A stretch of DNA of 40,698 bases from an uncultured Bacilli bacterium (GCA_904420615.1 CAJFVY010000035.1:1-40698); one strand, 5' to 3'. Shown: positions 1 through 10,507, counted from the stretch's first letter. Translations and numbers: made by a program. The notes: generated by a model from the letters alone, not told the origin.

Positions 1-128
1 AACCCAAAAAGAATTCATTCTTCTATAGGGTATTATTCACCTATCGAGTTTGAAAAAATCTACTTTAATTCAAAAAAAGAAGGGAAACCCCCCTCTAAAA
101 ACAGTACCAAATATTGACATAACTCCCA
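1..128 (+). mobile_element. IS3-family insertion sequence, 3' end (transposase OrfB C-terminus 1..117 plus right inverted repeat)
   Basis: Frame 1 reads NPKRIHSSIGYYSPIEFEKIYF...* (stop 115-117), matching the IS3 OrfB tail motif (N.xR.HSxLGYxSP.EFE). It is followed by GTACCAAATATTGACATAACTCCCA ending in CA at 128 (5'-TG on the reverse strand), typical of IS3 ends. Confidence 0.8.
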
Positions 129-240
129 ACTTTATTTTTCATATGTCTCACCTTTGTCTTTCTAGGTTAATCATACCATATAATGATTTTCAAAATCAAT
201 CCCTTTGACAAGTAAACTTTCATTTTAGACAACTATAGAC

Positions 241-270
241 AAAAAGTTACTAATAAGGAGTAACTTTTTA
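241..270 (-). terminator. Intrinsic terminator after aspS
   Basis: AAAAAGTTACT...AGTAACTTTTT inverted repeat with A/T tails immediately after the aspS stop. Confidence 0.65.
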
Positions 271-271
271 G

Positions 272-2014
272 TTAACGTAACTTAATATGTGCTTCTCTTA
301 ATTGTAATTCACTTACTTCGCTTGGAGCTCCCATCAAGTTATCAGCACCATTTGCATTTAATGGGAATGGAATTGTCTCTCTAATAGAATCTTCATCTAA
401 TAACATCATTAACATTCTATCAATTCCAGGAGCCATTCCAGCATGAGGTGGAGCACCATATTGAAAAGCCTCATATAAAGCTTTAAATCTAGTTTTTATA
501 TCTTCTTCTTTATAACCAGCTATTTCAAAAGCTTTACGCATAATATTTAAATCATGATTACGAACGGCACCACTAGCTAATTCAACACCATTACAAACAA
601 AGTCAAATTGATATGCCAAAATATCTTCTTTATTAGGATTATCTAAAGCTTCTAAACCGCCTTTTGGCATACTAAAAGGATTATGCATGAAAATATATTT
701 TTCTTCTTCTTCGCTCCATTCGTACATTGGAAAATCATTAATAATACAGAATTCAAAGCGATCATTATCTAATAACTCTAACTTACGACCTAATTCATTT
801 CTAATTTCTCCTGCTAGAGTTGCTGCTTTCATACGATCGGCAATAAAGAATAATACATCTTGTTTATGAAGTCCTGCCTTATCAATAATATCTTTTCTTT
901 CATCATCTGATAAGAACTTATCGATAGGACCTGCGAATGACATATCGTCATTTACTTTAATATAACCAATTCCTGGCATACCAATACTTTTAGCAAAATC
1001 AACTACTTCATTAAACCAAGAATTAGATTTACTAGCAATATTTTCTACTTTAATACCCTTAACCGTAACTCCTCTAAATGGACGGAATTCTGTTTCTTCG
1101 AATTGTTCAGTTAAATCAATAATAATAAGAGGATTTCTTAAATCAGGTTTATCTGTTCCATATTTTTCCATAGCTTCTTTATAACTAATTCTTGGAAAAG
1201 GACGATCACTAACCTTTTTATCCGAAAATTTCTTAAAAGTCTTATAGAATATTTTCTCTCCAACTTCTAAAACATCATCTTCCTCCGCAAAAGCCATTTC
1301 AAAATCTAATTGATAAAATTCTCCATAGACACGATCACTTCTTGCATCCTCATCACGAAAACATGGAGCAATTTGAAAATAGCGATCAAAACCAGCACAC
1401 ATTAATAGCTGTTTAAATTGTTGAGGAGCTTGAGGTAGTGCATAAAACTTTCCTTGATATTTACGACTTGGTACAATAAAGTCTCTAGCTCCTTCTGGAC
1501 TAGATGCTGTCAAAATAGGAGTTGTAATTTCTAAGAAATGATCATCCGTCATCTCTTCACGCAAGAAAGAAATGACCTTACTCCTAAATATAATATTATC
1601 TTTTACTTTAGGATTTCTTAAGTCCAAATAACGATATTTTAAACGTACATCCTCTCCTACTTCTTTACTAGTAATAACTTCAAAAGGTAATACGTTTTTA
1701 CACTTACCTAGTACTTCAATCTTATCTACTAAAAGCTCAATTTTACCTGTTTTAATCTTTGGATTATAATCCTCTTCTTTTCTTTTTCTAACAGTTCCAG
1801 AAACACTAATACTAGACTCTCTAGTTAAACCATCAAAAATACTATCATCATTACTAACTAACTGTAAAGTTCCAAACTGATCACGAAGATCAACGAAAAT
1901 TACACCACCATGATCACGAATATTTTCAATAAAACCAGCTACTTTAACATTTTTACCGACATCATCTTTTTCTAGTTTTGACGCTAAATGATCTCTATAT
2001 TTATTTGCCTTCAT
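272..2014 (-). CDS. aspS: Aspartate--tRNA ligase, probably non-discriminating Asp/Asn type
   Basis: OB-fold RDHGGVIFVDLRD, motif 2 FRDEDARSDR, YGAPPHAGMAPGIDR motif 3. His in RDHGG is the non-discriminating signature; operon with gatCAB. Confidence 0.96.
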   Translation of the reverse strand: MKANKYRDHLASKLEKDDVGKNVKVAGFIENIRDHGGVIFVDLRDQFGTLQLVSNDDSIFDGLTRESSISVSGTVRKRKEEDYNPKIKTGKIELLVDKIEVLGKCKNVLPFEVITSKEVGEDVRLKYRYLDLRNPKVKDNIIFRSKVISFLREEMTDDHFLEITTPILTASSPEGARDFIVPSRKYQGKFYALPQAPQQFKQLLMCAGFDRYFQIAPCFRDEDARSDRVYGEFYQLDFEMAFAEEDDVLEVGEKIFYKTFKKFSDKKVSDRPFPRISYKEAMEKYGTDKPDLRNPLIIIDLTEQFEETEFRPFRGVTVKGIKVENIASKSNSWFNEVVDFAKSIGMPGIGYIKVNDDMSFAGPIDKFLSDDERKDIIDKAGLHKQDVLFFIADRMKAATLAGEIRNELGRKLELLDNDRFEFCIINDFPMYEWSEEEEKYIFMHNPFSMPKGGLEALDNPNKEDILAYQFDFVCNGVELASGAVRNHDLNIMRKAFEIAGYKEEDIKTRFKALYEAFQYGAPPHAGMAPGIDRMLMMLLDEDSIRETIPFPLNANGADNLMGAPSEVSELQLREAHIKLR

Positions 2015-3446
2015 ACTCTTTTTTCCTTTCTTCTAATTGTTGTTTTATTAAATCCAAAGTCCTATTTGGATTTGCTTGTCTATTACTCTTTTGCATTACT
2101 TTTCCCATGAAAAAGTTTACCACATATTGATTATCTTCTTCAAGATATTGTCTTAATTGTTCAGGATTTTCTGAAAAGACAGCTTTAATATAATCAAGTA
2201 ATACTTGGTCATCATCAATTTGACTTAAAGAAGATTCTTCTATAATTTCTACTGGATCTTTTTTCTTTTCGATAGCTTGATACATAATCTTCTTACCATG
2301 ATCTAAAGATATTTTACCTTTATGAACATAATCAATAATACCACTTAACATCTTAGGTGTAATAAAGAATTCATCTAATCCTATTTCTAGTTTATTTAAA
2401 GAACTAAGTACACTAGTTGTAACAAAATTAACAGCTAATTCAATATCACTACCATAACTTAATACTTCTTCAAAATAATCAGCTATATCCCTGTTCTTAG
2501 ATAATACCTGTGCATCATACTCACTTAAATGATATTCTTTTATATACTTTTCAAAGCGATCTAACTTTAACATTGGAATACTTTTTTCTAGTTCTTCTTT
2601 ATAAGCATCTGTTAATTTAACTGGTGGAATATTAGGTTCTACATAATATTTATAGTCTATGGCATCTACCTTTTCTCTCATCGAATACGTTTTACCATCT
2701 TCATCAATTCTTCTTGTTTCTTGTACTACTTCTTTGCCTTCATCTAAAAGAGCACTTTGACGTTTAATTTCATATAAAATTGCGGCTTTGACACTATTAA
2801 AAGCATTGATATTTTTCATCTCTACTTTAGTACCTAATTTAGTTTCGCCTTTCTTTTTCAAGGAGATATTGACATCGCATCTCATTTGTCCTTTATCGCT
2901 TTTTGCTTCACTAACACCACAGAATAAGAATACATCACGTAAGTCTTCTAGGAAAGTTACAGCTTCTTCTGCACTAGAAATACATGGCTCGGTTACAATT
3001 TCCATTAAAGGAATACCACTACGATTATAGTCAATCAAAGAATACGTATTATAATGATCCAAACTAGCCGTATCTTCTTCTAGATGCAATTGATGAATTA
3101 AAATTCGTTTCGTTTTACCATCTACCATAATATCTAAATAACCATTTCTTCCCATAGGTTTCGTCATTTGGGTAATTTGATAACCCTTTGGAAGATCAGC
3201 ATAGAAATAGTTCTTACGATCAAAAATTACTTCATCCGGTGTCGTACAATGTAGGGCCATAGCCGTTTTTAAGGCTTTACGACAAGCTTCTTCGTTTACA
3301 ACAGGTAAGATACCAGGTAGGCCTAAATCTACTGGTGCGACATTAATATTTGGAATATGTGTATATTCGTTACGTGCACTAGAAAAGTTTTTAGACTTTG
3401 TATCTAACTCACAATGTACTTCTAAACCAATTACTACTTCATACAT
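2001..3446 (-). CDS. gatB: Asp-tRNA(Asn)/Glu-tRNA(Gln) amidotransferase subunit B
   Basis: VIGLEVH, FDRKNYFYADLPKGYQITQ, HLEED, MRCDVNIS motifs. Confidence 0.97.
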   Translation of the reverse strand: MYEVVIGLEVHCELDTKSKNFSSARNEYTHIPNINVAPVDLGLPGILPVVNEEACRKALKTAMALHCTTPDEVIFDRKNYFYADLPKGYQITQMTKPMGRNGYLDIMVDGKTKRILIHQLHLEEDTASLDHYNTYSLIDYNRSGIPLMEIVTEPCISSAEEAVTFLEDLRDVFLFCGVSEAKSDKGQMRCDVNISLKKKGETKLGTKVEMKNINAFNSVKAAILYEIKRQSALLDEGKEVVQETRRIDEDGKTYSMREKVDAIDYKYYVEPNIPPVKLTDAYKEELEKSIPMLKLDRFEKYIKEYHLSEYDAQVLSKNRDIADYFEEVLSYGSDIELAVNFVTTSVLSSLNKLEIGLDEFFITPKMLSGIIDYVHKGKISLDHGKKIMYQAIEKKKDPVEIIEESSLSQIDDDQVLLDYIKAVFSENPEQLRQYLEEDNQYVVNFFMGKVMQKSNRQANPNRTLDLIKQQLEERKKEYEGK

Positions 3447-4903
3447 CTTTCATCACCTGCTTTCATACCTTTTAATCCTGTTATTTTCTCTATTTGATAA
3501 GCCATATTTAAAACAACATCATCTTCTTTTACTTTACCTGTTAAATTGATACCAATTGGACAGTGATCAATAAAGCCACTTGGTAAAGTAATACTAGGAA
3601 AACCACCAAAATTACCAATAGCCATGTGATTTTCCATTAATAAGTAACGTTCTGATAATTGATCTGTTGCTTCGTTAAAATGAGGTGCTGCTCCGCCACT
3701 ACATGGTAAGATCATTCCGTCATAAGTTTTAAATAGTTCATTCATCTTATCTACAATTAATCTTCTAATACGGCAAGCATTTAAATATAATTTTTCTTGA
3801 TTTTCTTTTTGTAAAATATAACTTCCTAAAACAAATCGACGTTTAATTAATTCAGAAAAACCTTTCGTCCTAGCATCAAACATAATCTCCAGAACAGTAT
3901 TACCTTCTCCTCTTGGACCAAACTGTATTCCCGTTAAGTTAGCATTATTACTAGTAGCTTCAGCACAAGAAATACACATATAAGTAGGATAAATAGCCGC
4001 TAATAAGTCTTGATCAATTGATACTTCTTCCACTATAAAGCCATTTTCTTTCATTTTATCTAATAATTCATAAAAATTGTCTAACACTTCTAAGACCGTT
4101 TTATCTTTTTCTTTATCATACTGACTACGATCACAAATTTCCTTAATATAGAAAATTTTACGCCCCTTAATAGAATTATCTAGGGTTTCTGTTAAGTCTT
4201 TACCATCATCTTTTAAACTTGTCATATCATGAGGATCATATCCTTTGATAATATTGGTAACTACTGCGATATCATAGACAGAACGAGCAAAGCAACCAAC
4301 ATGATCTAAACTAGATGCAAAAGCAAATAATCCATATCTTGAAATTAACCCATAAGTTGGTTTAAATCCTACAACGCCCCCGAAAGCAGCTGGTTTACGG
4401 ATAGAATCTCCTGTATCGGAACCAATCGCAAAAGGTACAATACCAAGGGCAACAGCAGCAGCACTACCGGCACTACTACCACCAATTTCACGAGTTTTAT
4501 CCCATGGGTTATATACAATTCCTGTATGTCCAGTCGTACCAGTTCCTCCCATAGCTAACTCATCAAGAACTGTTTTACCAACTAATACTCCTCCTGCTTC
4601 CTTTAATTTCTTATAAACTGTGGCATCAAAAACAGGAATATAATCTTTTAAAATATTACTAGATGCTGTAGTTAAAATATTACTCGTTGAAATATTATCT
4701 TTCAAAGCATATGGTATACCAGTAATAATGGTATCTTTCTTCTTTTTCATTTTATACTTATCAATAATTGTTACAAAAGGGTTATACTCTTCTTGATATT
4801 GATGAGCTAATTTATTAGCTTCTTGAAATAATTCTTCACTTGTCACTTCGTCTTTATCTAAAGCTTCTCTTAATTCTTTTAAAGTCATTTTACTATATTC
4901 CAT
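3434..4903 (-). CDS. gatA: Amidotransferase subunit A (amidase signature)
   Basis: KDN, GGSSAGSAAAV, GSDTGDSIRKPA amidase motifs; lies between gatC and gatB. Confidence 0.96.
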   Translation of the reverse strand: MEYSKMTLKELREALDKDEVTSEELFQEANKLAHQYQEEYNPFVTIIDKYKMKKKKDTIITGIPYALKDNISTSNILTTASSNILKDYIPVFDATVYKKLKEAGGVLVGKTVLDELAMGGTGTTGHTGIVYNPWDKTREIGGSSAGSAAAVALGIVPFAIGSDTGDSIRKPAAFGGVVGFKPTYGLISRYGLFAFASSLDHVGCFARSVYDIAVVTNIIKGYDPHDMTSLKDDGKDLTETLDNSIKGRKIFYIKEICDRSQYDKEKDKTVLEVLDNFYELLDKMKENGFIVEEVSIDQDLLAAIYPTYMCISCAEATSNNANLTGIQFGPRGEGNTVLEIMFDARTKGFSELIKRRFVLGSYILQKENQEKLYLNACRIRRLIVDKMNELFKTYDGMILPCSGGAAPHFNEATDQLSERYLLMENHMAIGNFGGFPSITLPSGFIDHCPIGINLTGKVKEDDVVLNMAYQIEKITGLKGMKAGDERCMK

Positions 4904-4904
4904 T

Positions 4905-5201
4905 TTATTCCACCACCTTTGGTACTTTTACTTGATCATTAATCTGATGCTTACAGTTGGCTAATACTTCGTTTACTGTTAGAGTTTCATTTTCATCTAC
5001 TTCATCCTTTCTCCATTCTACATCATAAGTAATATAAGGAAAAGTCATAGGTTTTACCTCTTTAATATTAGGAATCTCTCCTATTAAATCCATTTGCTTT
5101 AAAATAATTTTAAATTCTTTTTCTAATGTTTCATATTCTTCTTCCTTCATATCAAACATTAATTTAGAAGCATACTTTTTTAAATCCTCTTTACTAACCA
5201 T
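4905..5201 (-). CDS. gatC: Amidotransferase subunit C
   Basis: 98 aa, C-terminal VKVPKVVE, first gene of the gatCAB operon. Confidence 0.92.
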   Translation of the reverse strand: MVSKEDLKKYASKLMFDMKEEEYETLEKEFKIILKQMDLIGEIPNIKEVKPMTFPYITYDVEWRKDEVDENETLTVNEVLANCKHQINDQVKVPKVVE

Positions 5202-5224
5202 TTTTCATCATCCTTTCTAACAAC

Positions 5225-5450
5225 AAAAAATTCTCAATCCCATAAGGGACGAGAATTATAAACCCGCGGTACCACCCAATTTATTACCAGACACGATAAT
5301 CGCTTTCTTTGATAACGAGGTTATCCCCGGCTTAGTCTACTAAATTTCTTTAAGCACTCCGAAGTGTTATTCACTATAACCATTTATTTGCTCTCACCAA
5401 CCACAAACTCTCTTAAAAATAAGTTATAATTACTTCTCTTCATCATCATT
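5225..5450 (-). promoter_or_regulatory. T-box riboswitch with Asn (AAC) specifier
   Basis: Minus strand: stem I with AGAGA and GGTGAGA elements, specifier loop GTGAATAACACTTC (AAC at 5368-5366), AGTA box, T-box AATTGGGTGGTACCGCG (5280-5265), terminator AATTCTCGTCCCTTATGGGATTGAGAATTTTTT. Confidence 0.92.
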
Positions 5451-5461
5451 TTGACAAGTCT

Positions 5462-5490
5462 ATTTTACTATTATTCTACCAAGATGTCAA
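5462..5490 (-). promoter_or_regulatory. Sigma-A promoter of the T-box/gatCAB-aspS operon
   Basis: TTGACA-17 nt-TAAAAT on the minus strand. Confidence 0.8.
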
Positions 5491-5515
5491 TTTTTTAAAC
5501 TATAAATTTTATCTT

Positions 5516-6199
5516 TTAAACTCTATTTAGCACTTTACGGTAAGTATTAACTGCTTTTCTGCCACTATCTTGATTTGCTACTAATCTTATATTACCAAGA
5601 TAATCTTCATTTTCTAAAATATCTTGATTACGTGCTAAACAACTAGCATAATAAGATTGTACATCACCATTAGCATGAGCAACAGCATCTGCTAATAGTA
5701 GTGTATTCTCTCCAGCATATAAGCGAACTTTTTCATCACAAATAACTCTACTAGCATTTAAAGCTTTATTTACATCATCTGTCTTAGATACTGTGTCAAC
5801 ATAGTTACTATAATCATGATCATTATAAGGAACAACACGACTTAATTTTAATAATTGTTGTAATTTTTGCTTAGAAACTTCCTCTTTTTCAGCCTCTTCC
5901 TTTACTGCTGCCACAATAGTGGTTTTATCATCATCTGTGCTTTCTTCAAAGTTTGCATCACTAAACAATACAACCATAGATTGTTGTAATAATGAATTTT
6001 CCATATTTGTTATAGAATCTAATATTTCTACATCTTGTACATTACTAACAAAATCCTCTACTTTAAAACTACGATCTGATAAATAAGCAAGTACATTGTA
6101 ATAATCCTCATTTCCTACTATCTTTGCTAATAGAGGTGTCATCTTCTCCGCTACTTCAGGTGCTACATTTTTTAACAATTCAATTACTATACCTTTCAT
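5516..6199 (-). CDS. Hypothetical protein (227 aa)
   Basis: Long ORF with AAAGGGAG RBS; no recognisable motif. Confidence 0.7.
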   Translation of the reverse strand: MKGIVIELLKNVAPEVAEKMTPLLAKIVGNEDYYNVLAYLSDRSFKVEDFVSNVQDVEILDSITNMENSLLQQSMVVLFSDANFEESTDDDKTTIVAAVKEEAEKEEVSKQKLQQLLKLSRVVPYNDHDYSNYVDTVSKTDDVNKALNASRVICDEKVRLYAGENTLLLADAVAHANGDVQSYYASCLARNQDILENEDYLGNIRLVANQDSGRKAVNTYRKVLNRV

Positions 6200-6281
6200 T
6201 CTATTTTCTCCCTTTCATGTAAAGATAGCATGTATTATATCATTTTTTTGTCGAATAAGCAAGGGTTTTTTATTAAACATT

Positions 6282-6821
6282 TTATCGAATCATCGTGTAT
6301 ACTTTCTCATCATAGTACTTATCTTCTAATTTATAACCATCATGTTTTATGGATTCAAACTGCATGTCAAGACTTTCTGCCAAGTGAATAGAATCAATAT
6401 TTTCTACTACAATATCTGCTTCAACCCTATGAAATTTTAACTCCTGAAAGGCAAAATCGAGTATTTTTTCTACCGCTTCTTTGGCATAACCTTGTTTATT
6501 ATATCGATAACTAATAATATAACCTATTTTACAATTATTATTTAAAGTATCTTTAGAATGAAGATGGATAGCCCCAATCATTTCATTACTATTCTTTTCA
6601 ACAATTCCCCATCTAAAATGGTTCCCATTAAGATACCATTCTTTATATTTAGAAACCAAATCCTGGTACTCCCCTAAACTTTTAAAGGGTACCTGATAAT
6701 AAAACTTATACCAATCAAAATTATTAAAAATGTTTTGATATAACATCTTAGCATCTATATCTGTAATCTTCCGAAGCATTAACCTTTCTGTTTCTAATTC
6801 TTTATATTTATCTTCAATCAT
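6282..6821 (-). CDS. GNAT N-acetyltransferase, RimJ/RimL family
   Basis: LETERLMLR, IGY...YNKQGYAKEA, ENIDSIHLAESL motifs. Confidence 0.9.
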   Translation of the reverse strand: MIEDKYKELETERLMLRKITDIDAKMLYQNIFNNFDWYKFYYQVPFKSLGEYQDLVSKYKEWYLNGNHFRWGIVEKNSNEMIGAIHLHSKDTLNNNCKIGYIISYRYNKQGYAKEAVEKILDFAFQELKFHRVEADIVVENIDSIHLAESLDMQFESIKHDGYKLEDKYYDEKVYTMIR

Positions 6822-6838
6822 GTTTATTTTTCTCCTTT

Positions 6839-7951
6839 TTATATTTGATCAGAATCTAGTAAGAATATTGGTAATGGAAACCACGATTCTAATAATTCAT
6901 TTACTCTATTTTTCTCTAACACAACACTATTAGTTTGTAATATTATTTTTTGCATTGCGTCATAAGAAACTTCTAAATCAAAGTGTTTACTTTTGTTACT
7001 AACAATTGCTTTTCCTTCATAAACTTCAATAGTAAAAGTATCGTAAGCAATTACCTTGATTCCTAAAGAACCTTCTTTTAAGATTTCATGTCTTAAACGA
7101 TAATTTAAAAAAACAGAAATTACTTTTTCTAGATGAATAATTTGAAAAAGCTTATTATTTTTATTATATATCATTTTATTGCTAGTATTTTCTTTATCAT
7201 AATCGCTATTCAATATCTTTCTTTTTATTTCATCAAGTTGTTTATATGCCATAAATGTAGTAATTATTCCTTTTAGTTGTTTCTTGTCTTCTACTTTTAT
7301 TTCTTCTATTTCATTTTCAAGAGGAAAATAAACTAAATAACCAATTATATGACTTTGATGTAAAATAAAATATCCTTCTTTACACCACTGAATACAATTA
7401 TCTATAAAGTCTTTCTTGGTTCTCTTTATATATAGTTCACTTTGTTCATAAAGGGGCAAAGAATAATCTACATATTCATTATTACCATCTTCCATTTTAC
7501 AAAAATGAATATCAGGATTTATATTACGAGAAGCAGAATAAGATACATAATAGCACTGATTGCTAGATTCATATAAAAAATGATGATAACGCTCATATTT
7601 ACCACTTAAAAAAGCCATATCACAATTTTGTTCTCTTAATAATTTATTAGCATAATTAAGCATTTGTTGCATTAACCCCTGATTACGATAATCTTTATGT
7701 ACACAAACACTACCAATCTCCCCTATTTTTAACGTGTCTTCTAAACATACTAAATCTCTACAAAGCAAACAAAAAATAGCAACGATCTTATCATCTTCTT
7801 TTATTATATAATGATTTTTCATTCTGTTTTTATTTTCATTATATAATACTGGTACACTTTTTACCATATCTTTTTCAAAGCATAAATTAACAAGCTTAAT
7901 TATCTCATCTGCATCTTGATCTTGTGCTATCTCTATTTTTAGATCATTCAT
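6839..7951 (-). CDS. Eis-like GNAT acetyltransferase with C-terminal SCP2-like domain
   Basis: IGSVCVHKDYRNQGLM acetyl-CoA motif, YERYHHFLYE, C-terminal WFPLPIF, 370 aa. Confidence 0.75.
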   Translation of the reverse strand: MNDLKIEIAQDQDADEIIKLVNLCFEKDMVKSVPVLYNENKNRMKNHYIIKEDDKIVAIFCLLCRDLVCLEDTLKIGEIGSVCVHKDYRNQGLMQQMLNYANKLLREQNCDMAFLSGKYERYHHFLYESSNQCYYVSYSASRNINPDIHFCKMEDGNNEYVDYSLPLYEQSELYIKRTKKDFIDNCIQWCKEGYFILHQSHIIGYLVYFPLENEIEEIKVEDKKQLKGIITTFMAYKQLDEIKRKILNSDYDKENTSNKMIYNKNNKLFQIIHLEKVISVFLNYRLRHEILKEGSLGIKVIAYDTFTIEVYEGKAIVSNKSKHFDLEVSYDAMQKIILQTNSVVLEKNRVNELLESWFPLPIFLLDSDQI

Positions 7952-8097
7952 ATTCTTACCTCATTTTCATCATAATTCAATATTACTATATCATAATTTA
8001 TATATATTACAAAACTAAAATATAAAAGGTAATTCGTAAATTTATACTTGTTTTAACATAATCGTGTATAATAGAATATATGCATATTTAATGGTGA

Positions 8098-8291
8098 AAA
8101 AATTATGAAGATGGAAAACAAATACAAATTATAATGACAAATGGGAATATTATTCTAGCTTCATCTTATAATACGAGATTATATATGAAGACACAGAACC
8201 ATTCAGTATAGAAGATATTACCATTTCTATATCTCCTAGTACTAATGAAATAGGATTTATAGGGCCTCAAAAGATACTTCTAAAATATTAG
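8098..8291 (+). pseudogene. Possible degraded gene fragment (two overlapping frames, no start)
   Basis: Frame A reads NYEDGKQIQIIMTNGNIILASSYNTRL, then frame B YEDTEPFSIEDITISISPSTNEIGFIGPQKILLKY*; followed by a hairpin (ACAGTAG...CTACTGTTTT). Confidence 0.35.
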
Positions 8292-8388
8292 AAAAAAACA
8301 GTAGTAACTAATCCGCTACTGTTTTCTTGACAAAAAAGTATAACCCAAATTTTGTGGCTTAAAAAGTTATATTGACTAACTTTTATGA

Positions 8389-10395
8389 CTATAATTCATA
8401 TATAACTAGTTCCTCTCTTGCTCTAGTACATGCTACATAATACAAATATTTATCTAATTTAAAATTATTATCTTGATCAATAATAATTACACAATCAAAC
8501 TCTAAACCTTTAGCAATATAAGAAGGAACTACCACTAAATTTTTTATAAACTTTTTACTATCCTCATTTAATAGACTAATATTCACTTCATCTTTTAATA
8601 AATGATAAATAGCATTAGCTTTTCTTTCCTCTTTCGTAATAATAGCAAGAGATTTATATATTCTAGTATAACTTACAATATCTTCTAGTAAACTTTCCTT
8701 AAAAGAACCAATATTTTTTCTTATCAAAACATCTTTGTTATTACTCTTTTTTATCGCATTCAGATAATTTAAATTTAAAATCTTATTGTTATAATCCATT
8801 ATTTCTTTTGTAGACCGATAAGTTTTTAAAAGTTCTAAATATTTACTATCTGGAAAAATTGTTTTTAATTCTTCTAATGAATTATACTTCCAATAAGGAT
8901 TGATATTTTGATTTACATCTCCCAATATAGTAAAAGAGGCTTTTGGAAACATTTCTTTAATAATAACATATTGTAAATAATTATAATCCTGAGCTTCATC
9001 AATTACTACTTGTTTAATATAATTATTATAAGGAAAACCAAATAACTTACCTTTTATATAAGATATTAATAATGCATCAGCATAACCAATCATCTTAGTA
9101 TTTTTAATCTCTAATTTATATTTTGTATAGGAACTTTTAAAGAAATTTTTATATATTTCTTTTATATTTAAATTAATATTGATATTATCCTTGATTATTT
9201 TTCTAATAGAAGCTTTTTTCTTACTGCTAGATCCATAATATTTTAATGATAAATAATTGGCTGCCTCGTCTATTCGTTCTAATAATGGAAAACGGCTATA
9301 TTTTTCTTTTAATAAATAATTAAGTTCCTCTTTATCTATTTCATTGACCTTATCTATATCTATATTATTCAAAACTTTAAAGTTACAAATTAAATCATGT
9401 ATATAGCAATCTAAATCACTAATAATTTCTTTACTTTGTTTATATTTTATAATCTCCTGATCTTCTTTTGTCCCCTCATAATAATGACTAATAAAAGAAG
9501 GAAAGCTTTCAATATTTTTATATTCTTTTAAAAAGTAACTTAAATAATCACTAAAAGTTGTTTCTTCAGTATTTGCCTCACCTAGTTCTGGTAAAACATT
9601 AGAAATATATTCTGAAAAAATAGCATTTGGTGAAAAAATTAACACATTATTAGAACTTAAATTTTTAATACGATATAAAAGAAAAGCAATTCTATGAAGG
9701 GCAACAGATGTTTTACCACTTCCTGCTATTCCTTGAACAATTAAGTTATTATCATCCAAGTTACGTATTACTTTATTTTGTTCAGCTTGAATCGTATTAA
9801 CGATATTCTTCATTTTTTCATCATCTGTAGTAGCAATTACCTTTTGTAATAGTTCGTCATCAATATTTAAAGAATTATCAAAGACATTTACTAATTTTCT
9901 ATTTTCAATAATATATTGTCTTTTTCTTTGAAGGTTTCCCTCATAAACACAGTTATCTACTTGATACTTGCAGGCTCCTACTTCATAGTCATAAAATAGA
10001 CTACAAATAGGACTACGCCAATCATAAAGAATATTATTATTTAAATCGTCTTTTAAATAGGTTAAAGACATATAAATATTAAATAATTGATGATCACTAT
10101 CTTCATAGATAAAAGATGCAAAATAAGGTTTATCTTTAATAGTAATTAAAGATTTATAATATTTTCTTTTGCCAAGTATTCTTCTTGCTTCCATTTCATC
10201 ACTAGTCATCACTTGATTAAATTCTTGTTTATCAAAAGAAGCTCTATCTTGATAATTTAGTTTTCTAAAACTAATAAGCTCTTCTTCTTTCAGAAAAAGA
10301 TTACTGCTAATTTTTTCAATTTCTTCATCTAAATCTTTAATAACTTTCTTCAATTTTTGTTTTTCTTTTCTTATTTCTTCTTTACTAATAGACAT
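8389..10395 (-). CDS. helD: HelD-like RNA polymerase recycling ATPase (SF1 helicase-like)
   Basis: DKPYFA, DWRSPICSLFY, IVNTIQAEQNKVIR, QGIAGSGKTSVALHRIAFLLY, DEAQD, KGLEFD, YVACTRA. Confidence 0.85.
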   Translation of the reverse strand: MSISKEEIRKEKQKLKKVIKDLDEEIEKISSNLFLKEEELISFRKLNYQDRASFDKQEFNQVMTSDEMEARRILGKRKYYKSLITIKDKPYFASFIYEDSDHQLFNIYMSLTYLKDDLNNNILYDWRSPICSLFYDYEVGACKYQVDNCVYEGNLQRKRQYIIENRKLVNVFDNSLNIDDELLQKVIATTDDEKMKNIVNTIQAEQNKVIRNLDDNNLIVQGIAGSGKTSVALHRIAFLLYRIKNLSSNNVLIFSPNAIFSEYISNVLPELGEANTEETTFSDYLSYFLKEYKNIESFPSFISHYYEGTKEDQEIIKYKQSKEIISDLDCYIHDLICNFKVLNNIDIDKVNEIDKEELNYLLKEKYSRFPLLERIDEAANYLSLKYYGSSSKKKASIRKIIKDNININLNIKEIYKNFFKSSYTKYKLEIKNTKMIGYADALLISYIKGKLFGFPYNNYIKQVVIDEAQDYNYLQYVIIKEMFPKASFTILGDVNQNINPYWKYNSLEELKTIFPDSKYLELLKTYRSTKEIMDYNNKILNLNYLNAIKKSNNKDVLIRKNIGSFKESLLEDIVSYTRIYKSLAIITKEERKANAIYHLLKDEVNISLLNEDSKKFIKNLVVVPSYIAKGLEFDCVIIIDQDNNFKLDKYLYYVACTRAREELVIYEL

Positions 10396-10507
10396 TCTTA
10401 CCCTCCTCTTTTAATTAGTAAAGTTCTTTTGAAAACTAAGAAAACCTACATAAGTTAATATGTAGTATAATTTAAAGAAATAGGTTTTAAGCATAAACGT
10501 CACTAAG

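Noticed and set aside
5360-5375. Two-codon (Glu/Asn, GAAC) specifier as in the C. acetobutylicum NT-box
   Set aside because: Here the loop is GAAUAAC; AAC is preceded by U, so there is no overlapping GAA codon.
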